From positions 1 to 64,000 of the forward strand of contig CAWJGT010000014.1 in NCBI GenBank assembly GCA_963842525.1: a stretch of DNA of 64,000 bases, written 5' to 3'. The DNA is from an uncultured Holophagales bacterium (GTDB taxonomy: Bacteria > Acidobacteriota > Thermoanaerobaculia > Multivoradales > UBA5704). Below the pieces are notes generated by a model that was given only the letters and a program-made list of their open reading frames with translations, made no database searches and was not told the origin of the DNA. Shown one piece after another: positions 20,479-29,132 of the stretch. Position 1 is the stretch's first letter; every line of letters starts with the position of its first letter. Both the position numbers and the translations under genes were made by a program.

Positions 20479-21264
20479 CTACCTCCGCTCCTTCACCAGC
20501 TCGGCCCAGGGGAAGAGCGTGCGGCCGAGGGCGCCGATGCCGTAATCCTGAAGCATCCCGACAAGCAGGATGGTGATCTGGATGGCGAACACCTCGGCGA
20601 GGCGGAAGTGCTTGTTCTGGTTGAGGAGCATGGCCCCGACGCCCCCTTCGGAGCGGGAGATGCCTTCCACCATGGTGAGCATCATCCAACCGATCGCGGC
20701 ATTCTGCCGCAGCAGCTCGACCGCCTTGTCCGCCGTCCCGAGGACGACGACCTCCCAGACCGCCTGCCACTCGTTCATGCGCAGGGTCCGGGCGTAGTCG
20801 AACCTCTCCCGGGGGATGGCCATCACCTCCGCCGCCATCGAGGTGACGAAGAAGACCGTCATGCCGAAGACCAGGAGCGACAGCTTGAGGGGCCGGCCGC
20901 CGCCGACCATCAGGGTGAAGGCGAAGGTCAGCCCGATCAGGCCAAGGAACCGCCCCTTGGAGACCGCGATGGCGATCGGCCGGAAGAACGGGAGCACGAC
21001 CAGGTAGGAGAGCACCAGCGAGATGAGCACCGTCAGGCCCAGGGCCTCGAGGTTGAGGGTGAAGCTCGTCCACAGCTCGCGCCCGAGCCCCTGGGTGAGC
21101 CAGAGGCCCTGGAAGGCGCGCAGCACTTCGTCCGGCCGCGGCAGGACAGGGAACGGCGAGCTGAACCAGATCGCCAGCACGACCGCCACCTGGAAGGCGA
21201 TCAGGATGCGCATCGTGGTGCGCGAGATCAGGCGGTTCGGCTGAAAGGCCGCAGTTACTTCCAA
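20479..21264 (-). CDS. ABC permease (NitT/TauT-like)
   Basis: TTG start after AAGGAGG; multiple TM segments; NAAIGWMMLTMVEG. Confidence 0.85.
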   Translation of the reverse strand: MEVTAAFQPNRLISRTTMRILIAFQVAVVLAIWFSSPFPVLPRPDEVLRAFQGLWLTQGLGRELWTSFTLNLEALGLTVLISLVLSYLVVLPFFRPIAIAVSKGRFLGLIGLTFAFTLMVGGGRPLKLSLLVFGMTVFFVTSMAAEVMAIPRERFDYARTLRMNEWQAVWEVVVLGTADKAVELLRQNAAIGWMMLTMVEGISRSEGGVGAMLLNQNKHFRLAEVFAIQITILLVGMLQDYGIGALGRTLFPWAELVKERR

Positions 21265-21372
21265 GATCGATCCTCCTTCGGGCCGAGAGCATATCCCAAG
21301 GCCCAAGGCCCACCGGAAGAGATACGGAGGAGGGCGCCTGGGGGTTGTGAGCTGCCGTATGCTCCCTCCGGG

Positions 21373-22392
21373 ATGAAACCCCTTTTCCACCCCCGGCTGG
21401 TCAACGATCCGTTCGGGGATCCGGGGCTGTACGTCGACTTCCTGTTCGAGAAGCGGGCGATCCTCTTCGACCTCGGCGACCTGTCCCCGCTGTCGTCGCG
21501 CCAGCTCCTGCGGGTCTCCCACGCCTTCGTCTCGCATGCCCACATGGACCACTTCTCGGGCTTCGACGCCCTGCTGCGGGTGCTGCTCGGCCGCGACAAG
21601 GTGCTCCATCTCTTCGGTCCGCCGGATCTCATCGACCGGGTGGAGCACAAGCTCGCGGCCTATACCTGGAACCTCGTGGAGAGCTACGAGAGCGAGCTCC
21701 TCGTGCGCGTCACCGAGGCCCGGCCGAACGGCACCGGGCTCACCGCCGACTTCCGCAGCCGCACGGGCTTCCGGCGCGGACCCTCCACGGCCCATCCCCT
21801 CCCTGACGGGGTGCTGCTCGACGAGGACCACTTCCGCGTGCGGGCCGCCTTCCTGGACCATCGCATCCCGTGCCTCGGCTTCGCCCTGGAGGAGAAGTTC
21901 CACGTCAACGTCTGGAAGAGCGGCCTCGAGAGCCTGGGGCTGCCGGTCGGACCCTGGCTGCGGGATCTCAAGTCGGCGGTCGCCCGCGGCGACACGGACG
22001 ACACTCCCATCCCGGTCCAATGGCGGGAGGACGGGACGACCCGCGAGCTCCGGATCTCCCTCGGCGAGCTGCGGTCGGCCGCCCTGCGGATCGTGCCGGG
22101 CCAGAAGATCGCCTATGTGACCGATGCGGTCTACCATCCCGCCAACGCAGCCGCCATCGTGGACCTTGCCCGCGACGCGGACCTCCTTTTCCTGGAGGCC
22201 ACATTCGCGGCCGACGAGACGGAGCGGGCGGCGGAGAAATACCACCTGACTAGCCGGCAGGCCGGGTTTCTGGCCCGCCAGGCCGGCGCGAAGCGGCTGA
22301 TCCCTTTCCACTATTCGCCCAAGTACACCGACGACGGGGACCGGCTCGCCCGCGAGGCCCAGGAAGCTTTCAGCGAGCGGAACGGCGCTTGA
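21373..22392 (+). CDS. Ribonuclease Z-like metallo-beta-lactamase
   Basis: SHAHMDHFSG, LDHRIPCLGF, YVTD, FLEATF, HLT, FHYSPKY. Confidence 0.88.
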   Translation: MKPLFHPRLVNDPFGDPGLYVDFLFEKRAILFDLGDLSPLSSRQLLRVSHAFVSHAHMDHFSGFDALLRVLLGRDKVLHLFGPPDLIDRVEHKLAAYTWNLVESYESELLVRVTEARPNGTGLTADFRSRTGFRRGPSTAHPLPDGVLLDEDHFRVRAAFLDHRIPCLGFALEEKFHVNVWKSGLESLGLPVGPWLRDLKSAVARGDTDDTPIPVQWREDGTTRELRISLGELRSAALRIVPGQKIAYVTDAVYHPANAAAIVDLARDADLLFLEATFAADETERAAEKYHLTSRQAGFLARQAGAKRLIPFHYSPKYTDDGDRLAREAQEAFSERNGA

Positions 22393-22526
22393 GCCGTCCC
22401 CTGAAGAGGACGTTTTTCGCGAGGGCCGGAGGGAACGGGACCTGGCGAGGACTTTGCAGTCTTGATCTGGTGTTCTTTGATTTGCGCGGGACAACGATCC
22501 CGCGCGAGATTCCGAAGGAGGAAGAT

Positions 22527-23486
22527 ATGAAGCGCAACGCTTTGACGATATTCACCTTGACAGCCTTGGCCCTGACGGCGTCCCTGCCCCTGGCGGCGCA
22601 GAGCGTCCAAGGTCAGCGGCCGATGGTCAAGGCGGACCAGCAGACGCCCACGATGATCGCTCTCCAGGCGCGCGTCGACGGCCACTCGCAGGTCTACGGC
22701 ATCAGCCCCAACTCCGAGGCGATCCCCATCCGTGAGGGCGAGCGCCTGCGCATCGACCTGGTCGGCACCGCGCTGGTCAACGGCAGCGGCGTCGAGCGGC
22801 CGGTCAACGCGCGGTTCGGCGTGGGCTCCGGCCGCGGCCGGCTCGAGATCGTCCAGACCGGCCCCCACTGGGTGGTGGTGCAGGCGAAGTCGCGGGGCGA
22901 CAACGGCCTGGCCCAGCTCACGTACGACGTCACCAGCAACTACGACATGAAGCGGGCGGACCTCCGCAGCGGCCGCATCACCTTCGAGATCGGCGAGGGC
23001 CCCGTCAGTGGCGCACAGCCACCGATCCAGGAAGGCGACCGCTGGAGCAAGGCGCGGGACCTCAACTGGCGGCTCTACACCTCGATCCTCAACCAGGAGC
23101 CGCGAGGGACGGCGGCCGAGGACGACCTGAATCACATCTACCGCCTCGGCTATGGGGGCGTGCGGGACGTGGCGATCGAGCTGGCGCGGAATGCGAACCT
23201 GGACACCCGCCGGCTGTCTGAGGACGACGCCGTGGCAATCCTGGGCGACCTCTACCGCGGCCTGCTGCGGCGCAATGCCAGCGACCGCGAGCTGTGGGAC
23301 ACCGACCGCGGCTTCCGCAACAACGTGCAGGCGCTACGCGACCGCGGGCTCGAGCGTGCCGTCCAGGGGATCGTGGACGCGGAGGAGTTCCGCTCAGTCA
23401 ACCAGATCAACCGGTTTGATCCGCTCTACGGGGACCAGCTCCCGCGCGGCTACAGCACCGAGTCCTGGCGCCGGGACCGCGGGTAG
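22527..23486 (+). CDS. Secreted hypothetical protein
   Basis: Strong RBS AAGGAGG; signal peptide MKRNALTIFTLTALALTASLPLAA. Confidence 0.8.
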   Translation: MKRNALTIFTLTALALTASLPLAAQSVQGQRPMVKADQQTPTMIALQARVDGHSQVYGISPNSEAIPIREGERLRIDLVGTALVNGSGVERPVNARFGVGSGRGRLEIVQTGPHWVVVQAKSRGDNGLAQLTYDVTSNYDMKRADLRSGRITFEIGEGPVSGAQPPIQEGDRWSKARDLNWRLYTSILNQEPRGTAAEDDLNHIYRLGYGGVRDVAIELARNANLDTRRLSEDDAVAILGDLYRGLLRRNASDRELWDTDRGFRNNVQALRDRGLERAVQGIVDAEEFRSVNQINRFDPLYGDQLPRGYSTESWRRDRG

Positions 23487-23487
23487 A

Positions 23488-23586
23488 CCCTCTCCCCCGA
23501 CCCCTCTCCCGCGCGACCATCACACACCCTCCCCTTTGGCTTTTTCCCCTCTCCCGTTCTCACGGGAGAGGGGCCAGGGGTGAGGG
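23488..23586. repeat. Family A palindromic element (degenerate)
   Basis: CCCTCTCCC...GGGAGAGGGGCCAGGGGTGAGGG. Confidence 0.75.
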
Positions 23587-23589
23587 CTT

Positions 23590-24513
23590 CTACCAGCTCC
23601 CCGACGCCCCTCCACCGCCGAAGCTCCCTCCGCCGCCCGAGAAGCCACCGCCGCCGCCGAAGCCGCCGCTGCGCCCTCCGAACCCTCCTCCGCCGAAGCC
23701 GCCGCCTCCCCACCAGCCGCCCCAGGGAGCGATCACCGCCCTCGGTCCGCGGCGGCGCGGACCGCCGCCGCGTCCACCTCGCGACATCAGCGCCTTGAGG
23801 ATCGGGAAGAGCACCGCCCAGCCGATCAGGAGCCCGATGCCGAGGCCCGGGACGATCATGCTGGAGAAGAAGTAGTAGAAGGGCATCAGCATGACGTAGA
23901 GGAACCAGCTCTGGCATCCGCTGGTGGTGACGGCGATCAGCGAGAAGGTCCCGATGACGAGCAGGAAGATGAGGATGAACCCAACGGGGACGCGGCCCCC
24001 TCTGCCGGCTCCCCCGCCCGTTCCGGCGGCCGTCTGGACCGGCACGTCCTCGCCGCTCAGAGCCGCCAGGGTAGCGTCCACACCCTGCTCGATGCCGCCG
24101 GCGAAGTCGCCGCCCCGGAACGCCGGACGGACGATGTTGTCGAGGATGCGCCCGCTCTCGGCGTCGGTCAGCACGGGCTCGAGGCCGTAGCCCACCTCGA
24201 TCCGCATCCGGCGGTCCTGCTCGGCCACGATGAAAATAACGCCGTTGTCCTTCCCCTTCTGTCCCAGCTTCCAGGTCTCGGCCACGCGGATCGAGAAGTC
24301 CTCGACCGGATCCCCTTGGAGGCTCTCGACCGTCAAGACCGCCACCTGGATGCCCGTGCGCTGCTCGAAGGCGGCGAGCTTCTGCTCGATCCGCTGCTTG
24401 GCGTCCGGCTGGAGCATCTGTGCTTCGTCGACCACGCGGCCGGAGAGGTATGGGACGTCCCGGGCGGCGGCGAGGGCGGGGAGGAGGAGAAGGAGGAGGA
24501 AGAAGGCCCTCAC
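23590..24513 (-). CDS. TPM-domain protein (YgcG-like) with Gly-rich tail; alternative in-frame start GTG 24678
   Basis: Signal peptide MRAFFLLLLLLPALAAA, WKLGQKGKDNGV, RIEVGYGLE, GGGGSFGGGGASGSW. Confidence 0.92.
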   Translation of the reverse strand: MRAFFLLLLLLPALAAARDVPYLSGRVVDEAQMLQPDAKQRIEQKLAAFEQRTGIQVAVLTVESLQGDPVEDFSIRVAETWKLGQKGKDNGVIFIVAEQDRRMRIEVGYGLEPVLTDAESGRILDNIVRPAFRGGDFAGGIEQGVDATLAALSGEDVPVQTAAGTGGGAGRGGRVPVGFILIFLLVIGTFSLIAVTTSGCQSWFLYVMLMPFYYFFSSMIVPGLGIGLLIGWAVLFPILKALMSRGGRGGGPRRRGPRAVIAPWGGWWGGGGFGGGGFGGRSGGFGGGGGFSGGGGSFGGGGASGSW

Positions 24514-24670
24514 CCCCCTGGCCCCCCTCTCCCATCCGCACTCCCAACCATCGGGAGAGGGGGGAAGAAAACCAAAAAGACCAAATCGACAGACATGTTG
24601 CCTTGAAGAGTTTTGCTCCCCTCTCCCGGGGGTTGGGGAGTGCGGATGGGAGAGGGGCCGGGGGTGAGGG
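24507..24670. repeat. Family A palindromic element between the two TPM genes
   Basis: CCCTCACCCCCC...GGGGGTGAGGG terminal inverted repeats. Confidence 0.9.
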
Positions 24671-24674
24671 GTCC

Positions 24675-25334
24675 TCACGGCGTGTCCCCCCGCCGCAGCT
24701 CGTCCGGCAGCTCGTTGAAGTCCTCGGGCTGAAGGGCCACGCCATGCCGTTCGAGCAGCTCGCCGCACTGGCGGATCGCCTCGGCCAGCGCGGCCCCCGG
24801 CCGGCCGGCACGAATGCCCGCCACCGCACCGGCGACGATGCCTTCCCACTGGCTTTGCTCGACCTGCTTGTTGATCCCGGCGTCCCCCAGGACGACGACC
24901 CGGTGCTCGAACAGGGAGAGGAAGAGAAGGATGCCGGTGCGGTCGCGGGTACGGAAGACTTCCTGCTCCAGGAAGGCCATGGAGGCGCGCTGGCCGGTCC
25001 GCAGGTCGAGCATCTCGTCCCCGGCCAGCCATCGCTTGACCGGGGTGACATAGGCGGCCAGCAGGAATCCGGCCGCGGCTCCGGCCGCCGCGGGCAGCGA
25101 GATCCAGAGGTTCAGATGAGTTCCCCACAGCCCTGCCGCGTAGTAGACGGCCAGGGCCGCCAGGGGACCGGTCACCGCTCCCAGTGCCGCCCCCTTCCAG
25201 AGGGCGTTCAGATAGGCGTCGCTCGCAGGCACGGCGTAGGGGACGATCTCGCCGGAGGTCCGGCGTTCCGCCTCCTCGACAGCGCTGCGTATGGCTTGCA
25301 GGTCCGCAGGGGTGAAAAATGTTTCGAGGTCCAT
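24675..25334 (-). CDS. TPM-domain membrane protein
   Basis: EAERRTSGEIV, TRDRTGILLFLSLFEH, DAGIN, NELPD. Confidence 0.9.
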   Translation of the reverse strand: MDLETFFTPADLQAIRSAVEEAERRTSGEIVPYAVPASDAYLNALWKGAALGAVTGPLAALAVYYAAGLWGTHLNLWISLPAAAGAAAGFLLAAYVTPVKRWLAGDEMLDLRTGQRASMAFLEQEVFRTRDRTGILLFLSLFEHRVVVLGDAGINKQVEQSQWEGIVAGAVAGIRAGRPGAALAEAIRQCGELLERHGVALQPEDFNELPDELRRGDTP

Positions 25335-25364
25335 CGCACGCGCTCCCTCAGGGGGGATGCTACA

Positions 25365-25787
25365 TCACGAATCCTCCACCCGCCCGGTCCGCTGGCGCTT
25401 CTTCTGCCCGTGCCGCTTCTTCTCATCCAACCGGCGCCGGCGCGCCGCTGCGGGGAGGCGGGTCTTCCTGCGTGGGGTTTCCTCGCGCAGGCCCTCCCGC
25501 AGCAGCTCGGCGAAGCGCTGCAGCGCGGCCTCGCGGTTGGCGGCCTGGGTGCGGTGCTTCTGGGCGGTGACGTGCAGCACTCCTGCGCGGGTGATGCGCG
25601 TGGCCAGGCGCTCCCGGAGCCGCTCCTTCTGCTCCGGGGTCAGGCTCAGCGAGCCGGTCAGGTCGAAGCGGAGCGTGACCCGGGTCTCCAGCTTGTTCAC
25701 GTTCTGCCCTCCCGGCCCTCCACTGCGCGAGGTGGCGAACGCGACCTCCTCCTCCGGAATGGCGATCCCGTCATCGATCTCGATCAT
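25365..25787 (-). CDS. arfB: Alternative ribosome rescue factor ArfB
   Basis: RSGGPGGQNVNK (GGQ), RTQAANRE, basic C-terminal tail. Confidence 0.95.
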   Translation of the reverse strand: MIEIDDGIAIPEEEVAFATSRSGGPGGQNVNKLETRVTLRFDLTGSLSLTPEQKERLRERLATRITRAGVLHVTAQKHRTQAANREAALQRFAELLREGLREETPRRKTRLPAAARRRRLDEKKRHGQKKRQRTGRVEDS

Positions 25788-25911
25788 GAAGATATTGTAG
25801 AGGCGCAGCACCCCGCGCTCGCGCTCCCCCGCGAGAACAGTTCTTGCGTGTAAAATTGACCGCCGTTTCCCTGCGCAGATGCCGTGCGCTGCCACGACAG
25901 GAGCACTCTGC

Positions 25912-27876
25912 ATGAAAGCGATGTCCGGCCATTCGGCCCGATGGCTGCTGGCTCTGTTCCCGCTCTCGCTGGCCTGGCTGGCGGCCTCCTCCTCGGGCCA
26001 ACCGTGGACCGGGCGGCCTGGCCTCCGCGCCCTGCCGGAGCCCCAGGTCTTCGCGATCTCCCCGCCTCCGCCGCCGCAGTCCGCGACGGTCCGCGAGGTG
26101 GTCACAGGGCTGTGGCGCCTCACATCCATCACCAGTCCCGGCGACGCCCGCCTGATCCTCACCCAACAGGACGGCCTCGCCTGGATCCTCGCGGACGGCG
26201 TCCTGCAAGCGGAGCCGTTCCTCGACCTCCGGGGTCAGACGAACCATGTCGAGGAGGACGAGGCCGGGCTGTTGAGCCTCGCCTTCCATCCACGCTTCGT
26301 CCAGAACAGGACCTTCTTCGCCTGTTACACCGACCAGGCGGGCGCCCTCACCGTGGCGCGCTACAAGATCTCGGCCGCCGATCCGGACCGGGCCGACCCG
26401 GCGAGTCGTAAAGTCCTGCTCAGAATCCCGAAGCGGGAGGCCAACCACAACGGCGGACAGCTCCAGTTCGGACCGGACGGCTATCTCTATCTGGGGACCG
26501 GCGACGGCGCCGAGGGGGGCGATCCCGGATGCCAGGCCCAGCAGGGAAGCACATTCTTCGGCAAGCTCCTGCGCCTCGACGTCGACGCCCACGCCGGCTC
26601 GCCCCCGTTCTACGCCGTCCCCAACGGCAATCCGTTCCGCAAGAGCCGGGCCATGCCCGGCGAGGTCTGGGCTTACGGATTGCGCAACCCTTGGCGCTTC
26701 TCGTTCGACCGGCTGACCGGGGACCTCTGGATCGGCGACGTCGGGCAGGGCGCGCGCGAGGAGATCGACCTCCAGCCCGCCGGGAGCCGCGGCGGCCAGA
26801 ACTACGGCTGGAAGGTCATGGAGGGGACCGCCTGCTATTCGAGCAGCGCCTGCCCCGGCAGTGCACCCGTCTGCGGGTCGTCCCGCCTGACGCCGCCCGT
26901 CCTCGAATACGAGCACGGGCAGGGCGACGAGTGCGCGGTGACCGGCGGCTACGTCTACCGCGGCACCGACCTCCCCCATCTTTACGGCCTCTATCTCTTC
27001 GGCGACCTGTGCAGCGGCCGGATCTGGACGGCGGCCCGCAAGGAGACCGCCTGGCAGATCCGCGAGCTCGACGGCCGGGTGAAATACCTCACCTCCTTCG
27101 GCGAGGACCGCCAGGGCGAGCTCTGGATGACCACCCTGGACGGCCGGGTCTTCCAACTGATTGCCAAGCATCCGATCGACACGCCGGGGCTCTACGATGC
27201 GGCAAGCGGCCGCTTCCTTCTCGACGACCTCTTCACCGGAGGCACCCCGGACCGTAACGTCCGCTTCGGTCCACGCAGCACCGCCTGGCTTCCGGTGGCC
27301 GGCGACTGGGACGGCGACGGGCGGACCGGCATCGGCCTCTGGGACCCGGAGACCGGCACCTTCCGGCTGCGCAACAAGCTCGTGCGCGGCCCCGCCGAAG
27401 CCACGGCCACTCTCTCTCCGCCCTCCCCCGACACCGTGCCCCTCGCCGGGGACTGGGACGGCGACGGTCGCGACACCCCCGGCCTCTACGACCCGCGGAC
27501 CTCGACCTTCACACTGGGGACGATCCCCTTCGTCTTCGGCGATCCCGGGGCAGGTCTTCTTCCGATTGCGGGTGACTGGGACGGCGACGGACGCGATTCG
27601 GTGGGCCTCTACGATCCGAAGACGGGAGCCTTCTTCCTGCGCAATGCCCTCGCCTCGGGTCCCGCGGACCTCGAAGTCCGCTTCGGACCGATCGGCAAAG
27701 CCTGGCTCCCCCTGGCCGGGGACTGGAACGGCGACGGACGCGACGACATCGGCCTCTTCGATCCGGCCACCTCCACCTTCCGCCTGCGCAACACCCTCCG
27801 CAGCGGCCCGGCGGACGTGACGGTGCGGCTCGGGAATGCGGGGGCAGGGTGGTTGCCGATCGCCGGGGAGTGGTAG
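25912..27876 (+). CDS. PQQ-dependent sugar dehydrogenase-like (GSDH) protein with C-terminal GDWDGDG repeats
   Basis: GLLSLAFHP, NHNGGQLQFGPDGYLY, GLRNPWRFSFD; four PxAGDW(D/N)GDG repeats. Confidence 0.88.
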   Translation: MKAMSGHSARWLLALFPLSLAWLAASSSGQPWTGRPGLRALPEPQVFAISPPPPPQSATVREVVTGLWRLTSITSPGDARLILTQQDGLAWILADGVLQAEPFLDLRGQTNHVEEDEAGLLSLAFHPRFVQNRTFFACYTDQAGALTVARYKISAADPDRADPASRKVLLRIPKREANHNGGQLQFGPDGYLYLGTGDGAEGGDPGCQAQQGSTFFGKLLRLDVDAHAGSPPFYAVPNGNPFRKSRAMPGEVWAYGLRNPWRFSFDRLTGDLWIGDVGQGAREEIDLQPAGSRGGQNYGWKVMEGTACYSSSACPGSAPVCGSSRLTPPVLEYEHGQGDECAVTGGYVYRGTDLPHLYGLYLFGDLCSGRIWTAARKETAWQIRELDGRVKYLTSFGEDRQGELWMTTLDGRVFQLIAKHPIDTPGLYDAASGRFLLDDLFTGGTPDRNVRFGPRSTAWLPVAGDWDGDGRTGIGLWDPETGTFRLRNKLVRGPAEATATLSPPSPDTVPLAGDWDGDGRDTPGLYDPRTSTFTLGTIPFVFGDPGAGLLPIAGDWDGDGRDSVGLYDPKTGAFFLRNALASGPADLEVRFGPIGKAWLPLAGDWNGDGRDDIGLFDPATSTFRLRNTLRSGPADVTVRLGNAGAGWLPIAGEW

Positions 27877-27911
27877 CCTCCGAGGGTCTTTTCCTCCAAG
27901 GAGGCCCGACG

Positions 27912-28619
27912 ATGGCGCACTGGAAGCCCGGTTTCGCCCTGCGGCTCCTGCTGGCCTGGACCGCTCTCACCACCCTGATCTTCTGGCTGCCGCTCGTCCG
28001 CAGCCTTTTCGACGGCCCGACCTACGAATGGGGGCTCGCCGGCCTCGGCGGCCGGGGGCTGGAAGGAGACCTGTGGTTCCCGGCCCTGGGCGTGGCCCTC
28101 GCCCTGGCCATCCGCTGGTTCGGCTGGCGCGGCGCGCGCCTGCCCTTCCACATCCTGCTCCTCCTCTGGGTCGTGCCGATCGGCGTCGGAGCCACCTGGG
28201 CCTCCCTGTCGAACCCCGACGACTTCCGCTTCCAGGGCGACACGCTGGGGGTCGACCTGCCGCTCGCCTGGGCCGGCCCGGTCATCTTCGGTGGCTTCGC
28301 GATCCTGGCAATCGTCTGGGTCGTGCGCGACCTGATGTCCGGCCGGCGGCGGGAGGCGCCACCCTGGACCCGCGCAAATCGCGCCTGGACAATCGGCCTC
28401 GCCGCCCTCCTGCCCCTGCAATTCCTGCTGCTGCGCTTCGGCGAGTCGCACGGCACCACGGATCAGGTCGGCGTGGTGGTCACCATTGTCCAGTGGTTCC
28501 TCGTCAGCTCTGCCTGGAAGCCGCGGGCGGGGACCCCGTCTGAAGATCCTGAAGATAAGGAGGCGGAAATACGGGCTGAGCGAATGACAGACAGGGCTCT
28601 CATCAAAAGTCGGCGGTAG
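27912..28619 (+). CDS. Hypothetical multi-pass membrane protein
   Basis: RBS AAGGAGG; about six hydrophobic segments. Confidence 0.75.
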   Translation: MAHWKPGFALRLLLAWTALTTLIFWLPLVRSLFDGPTYEWGLAGLGGRGLEGDLWFPALGVALALAIRWFGWRGARLPFHILLLLWVVPIGVGATWASLSNPDDFRFQGDTLGVDLPLAWAGPVIFGGFAILAIVWVVRDLMSGRRREAPPWTRANRAWTIGLAALLPLQFLLLRFGESHGTTDQVGVVVTIVQWFLVSSAWKPRAGTPSEDPEDKEAEIRAERMTDRALIKSRR

Positions 28620-28633
28620 AGGCGGCTTCGTTT

Positions 28634-28797
28634 CCTCACCCCCTGTCCCCCTCTCCCATCTCCCGCCCACCCTGTCCCCGGGAGAGGGGGGACGTCGTTG
28701 ATGCCTGTGTGGCGAGCTCGCGGAACAGCTCCGTATGCGTTCCCCCTCTCCCGGCGGGGGGTGGAAGGGAGATGGGAGAGGGGGACAGGGGGTGAGG
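28634..28797. repeat. Family A palindromic element (164 bp)
   Basis: Arms nearly identical to 1154-1318. Confidence 0.9.
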
Positions 28798-28834
28798 ATC
28801 TTCGGCGCCGAAAGTCTCTGGACGAAGAGTTTCT

Positions 28835-28950
28835 CCCTGGGACCGCGGGCGTCTCGCCCGCCCTCTCCTCACGCTCGGGCCGGCGTCGGGTTGGCGGCAA
28901 CGCCGCGGTCGATGAAAGTCTGTGCGGGCGAGACGCCCGCGGTCCCAGGG
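28835..28950. repeat. REP-like doublet, family B (CCTGGGACCGCGGGCGTCTCGCCCGC and its inverse)
   Basis: ~27-bp inverted arms around a unique spacer. Confidence 0.8.
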
Positions 28951-29132
28951 GGCCCCCACCACGCCCAACAGGAAACCCTCTGGCCTGACACGCTACGCCT
29001 GCGTCCCCCTTTCCCGCTCGGGGAGGGCTCGCGCAGGACTTTTGAAACACCCTCTCAGCCTCCTTAAGCCGGCCGCCCACGTCCCCGCTCCCGCAGGCTA
29101 CAATCCCTCCCGCCTGACGCGAAGGAGCCCCG

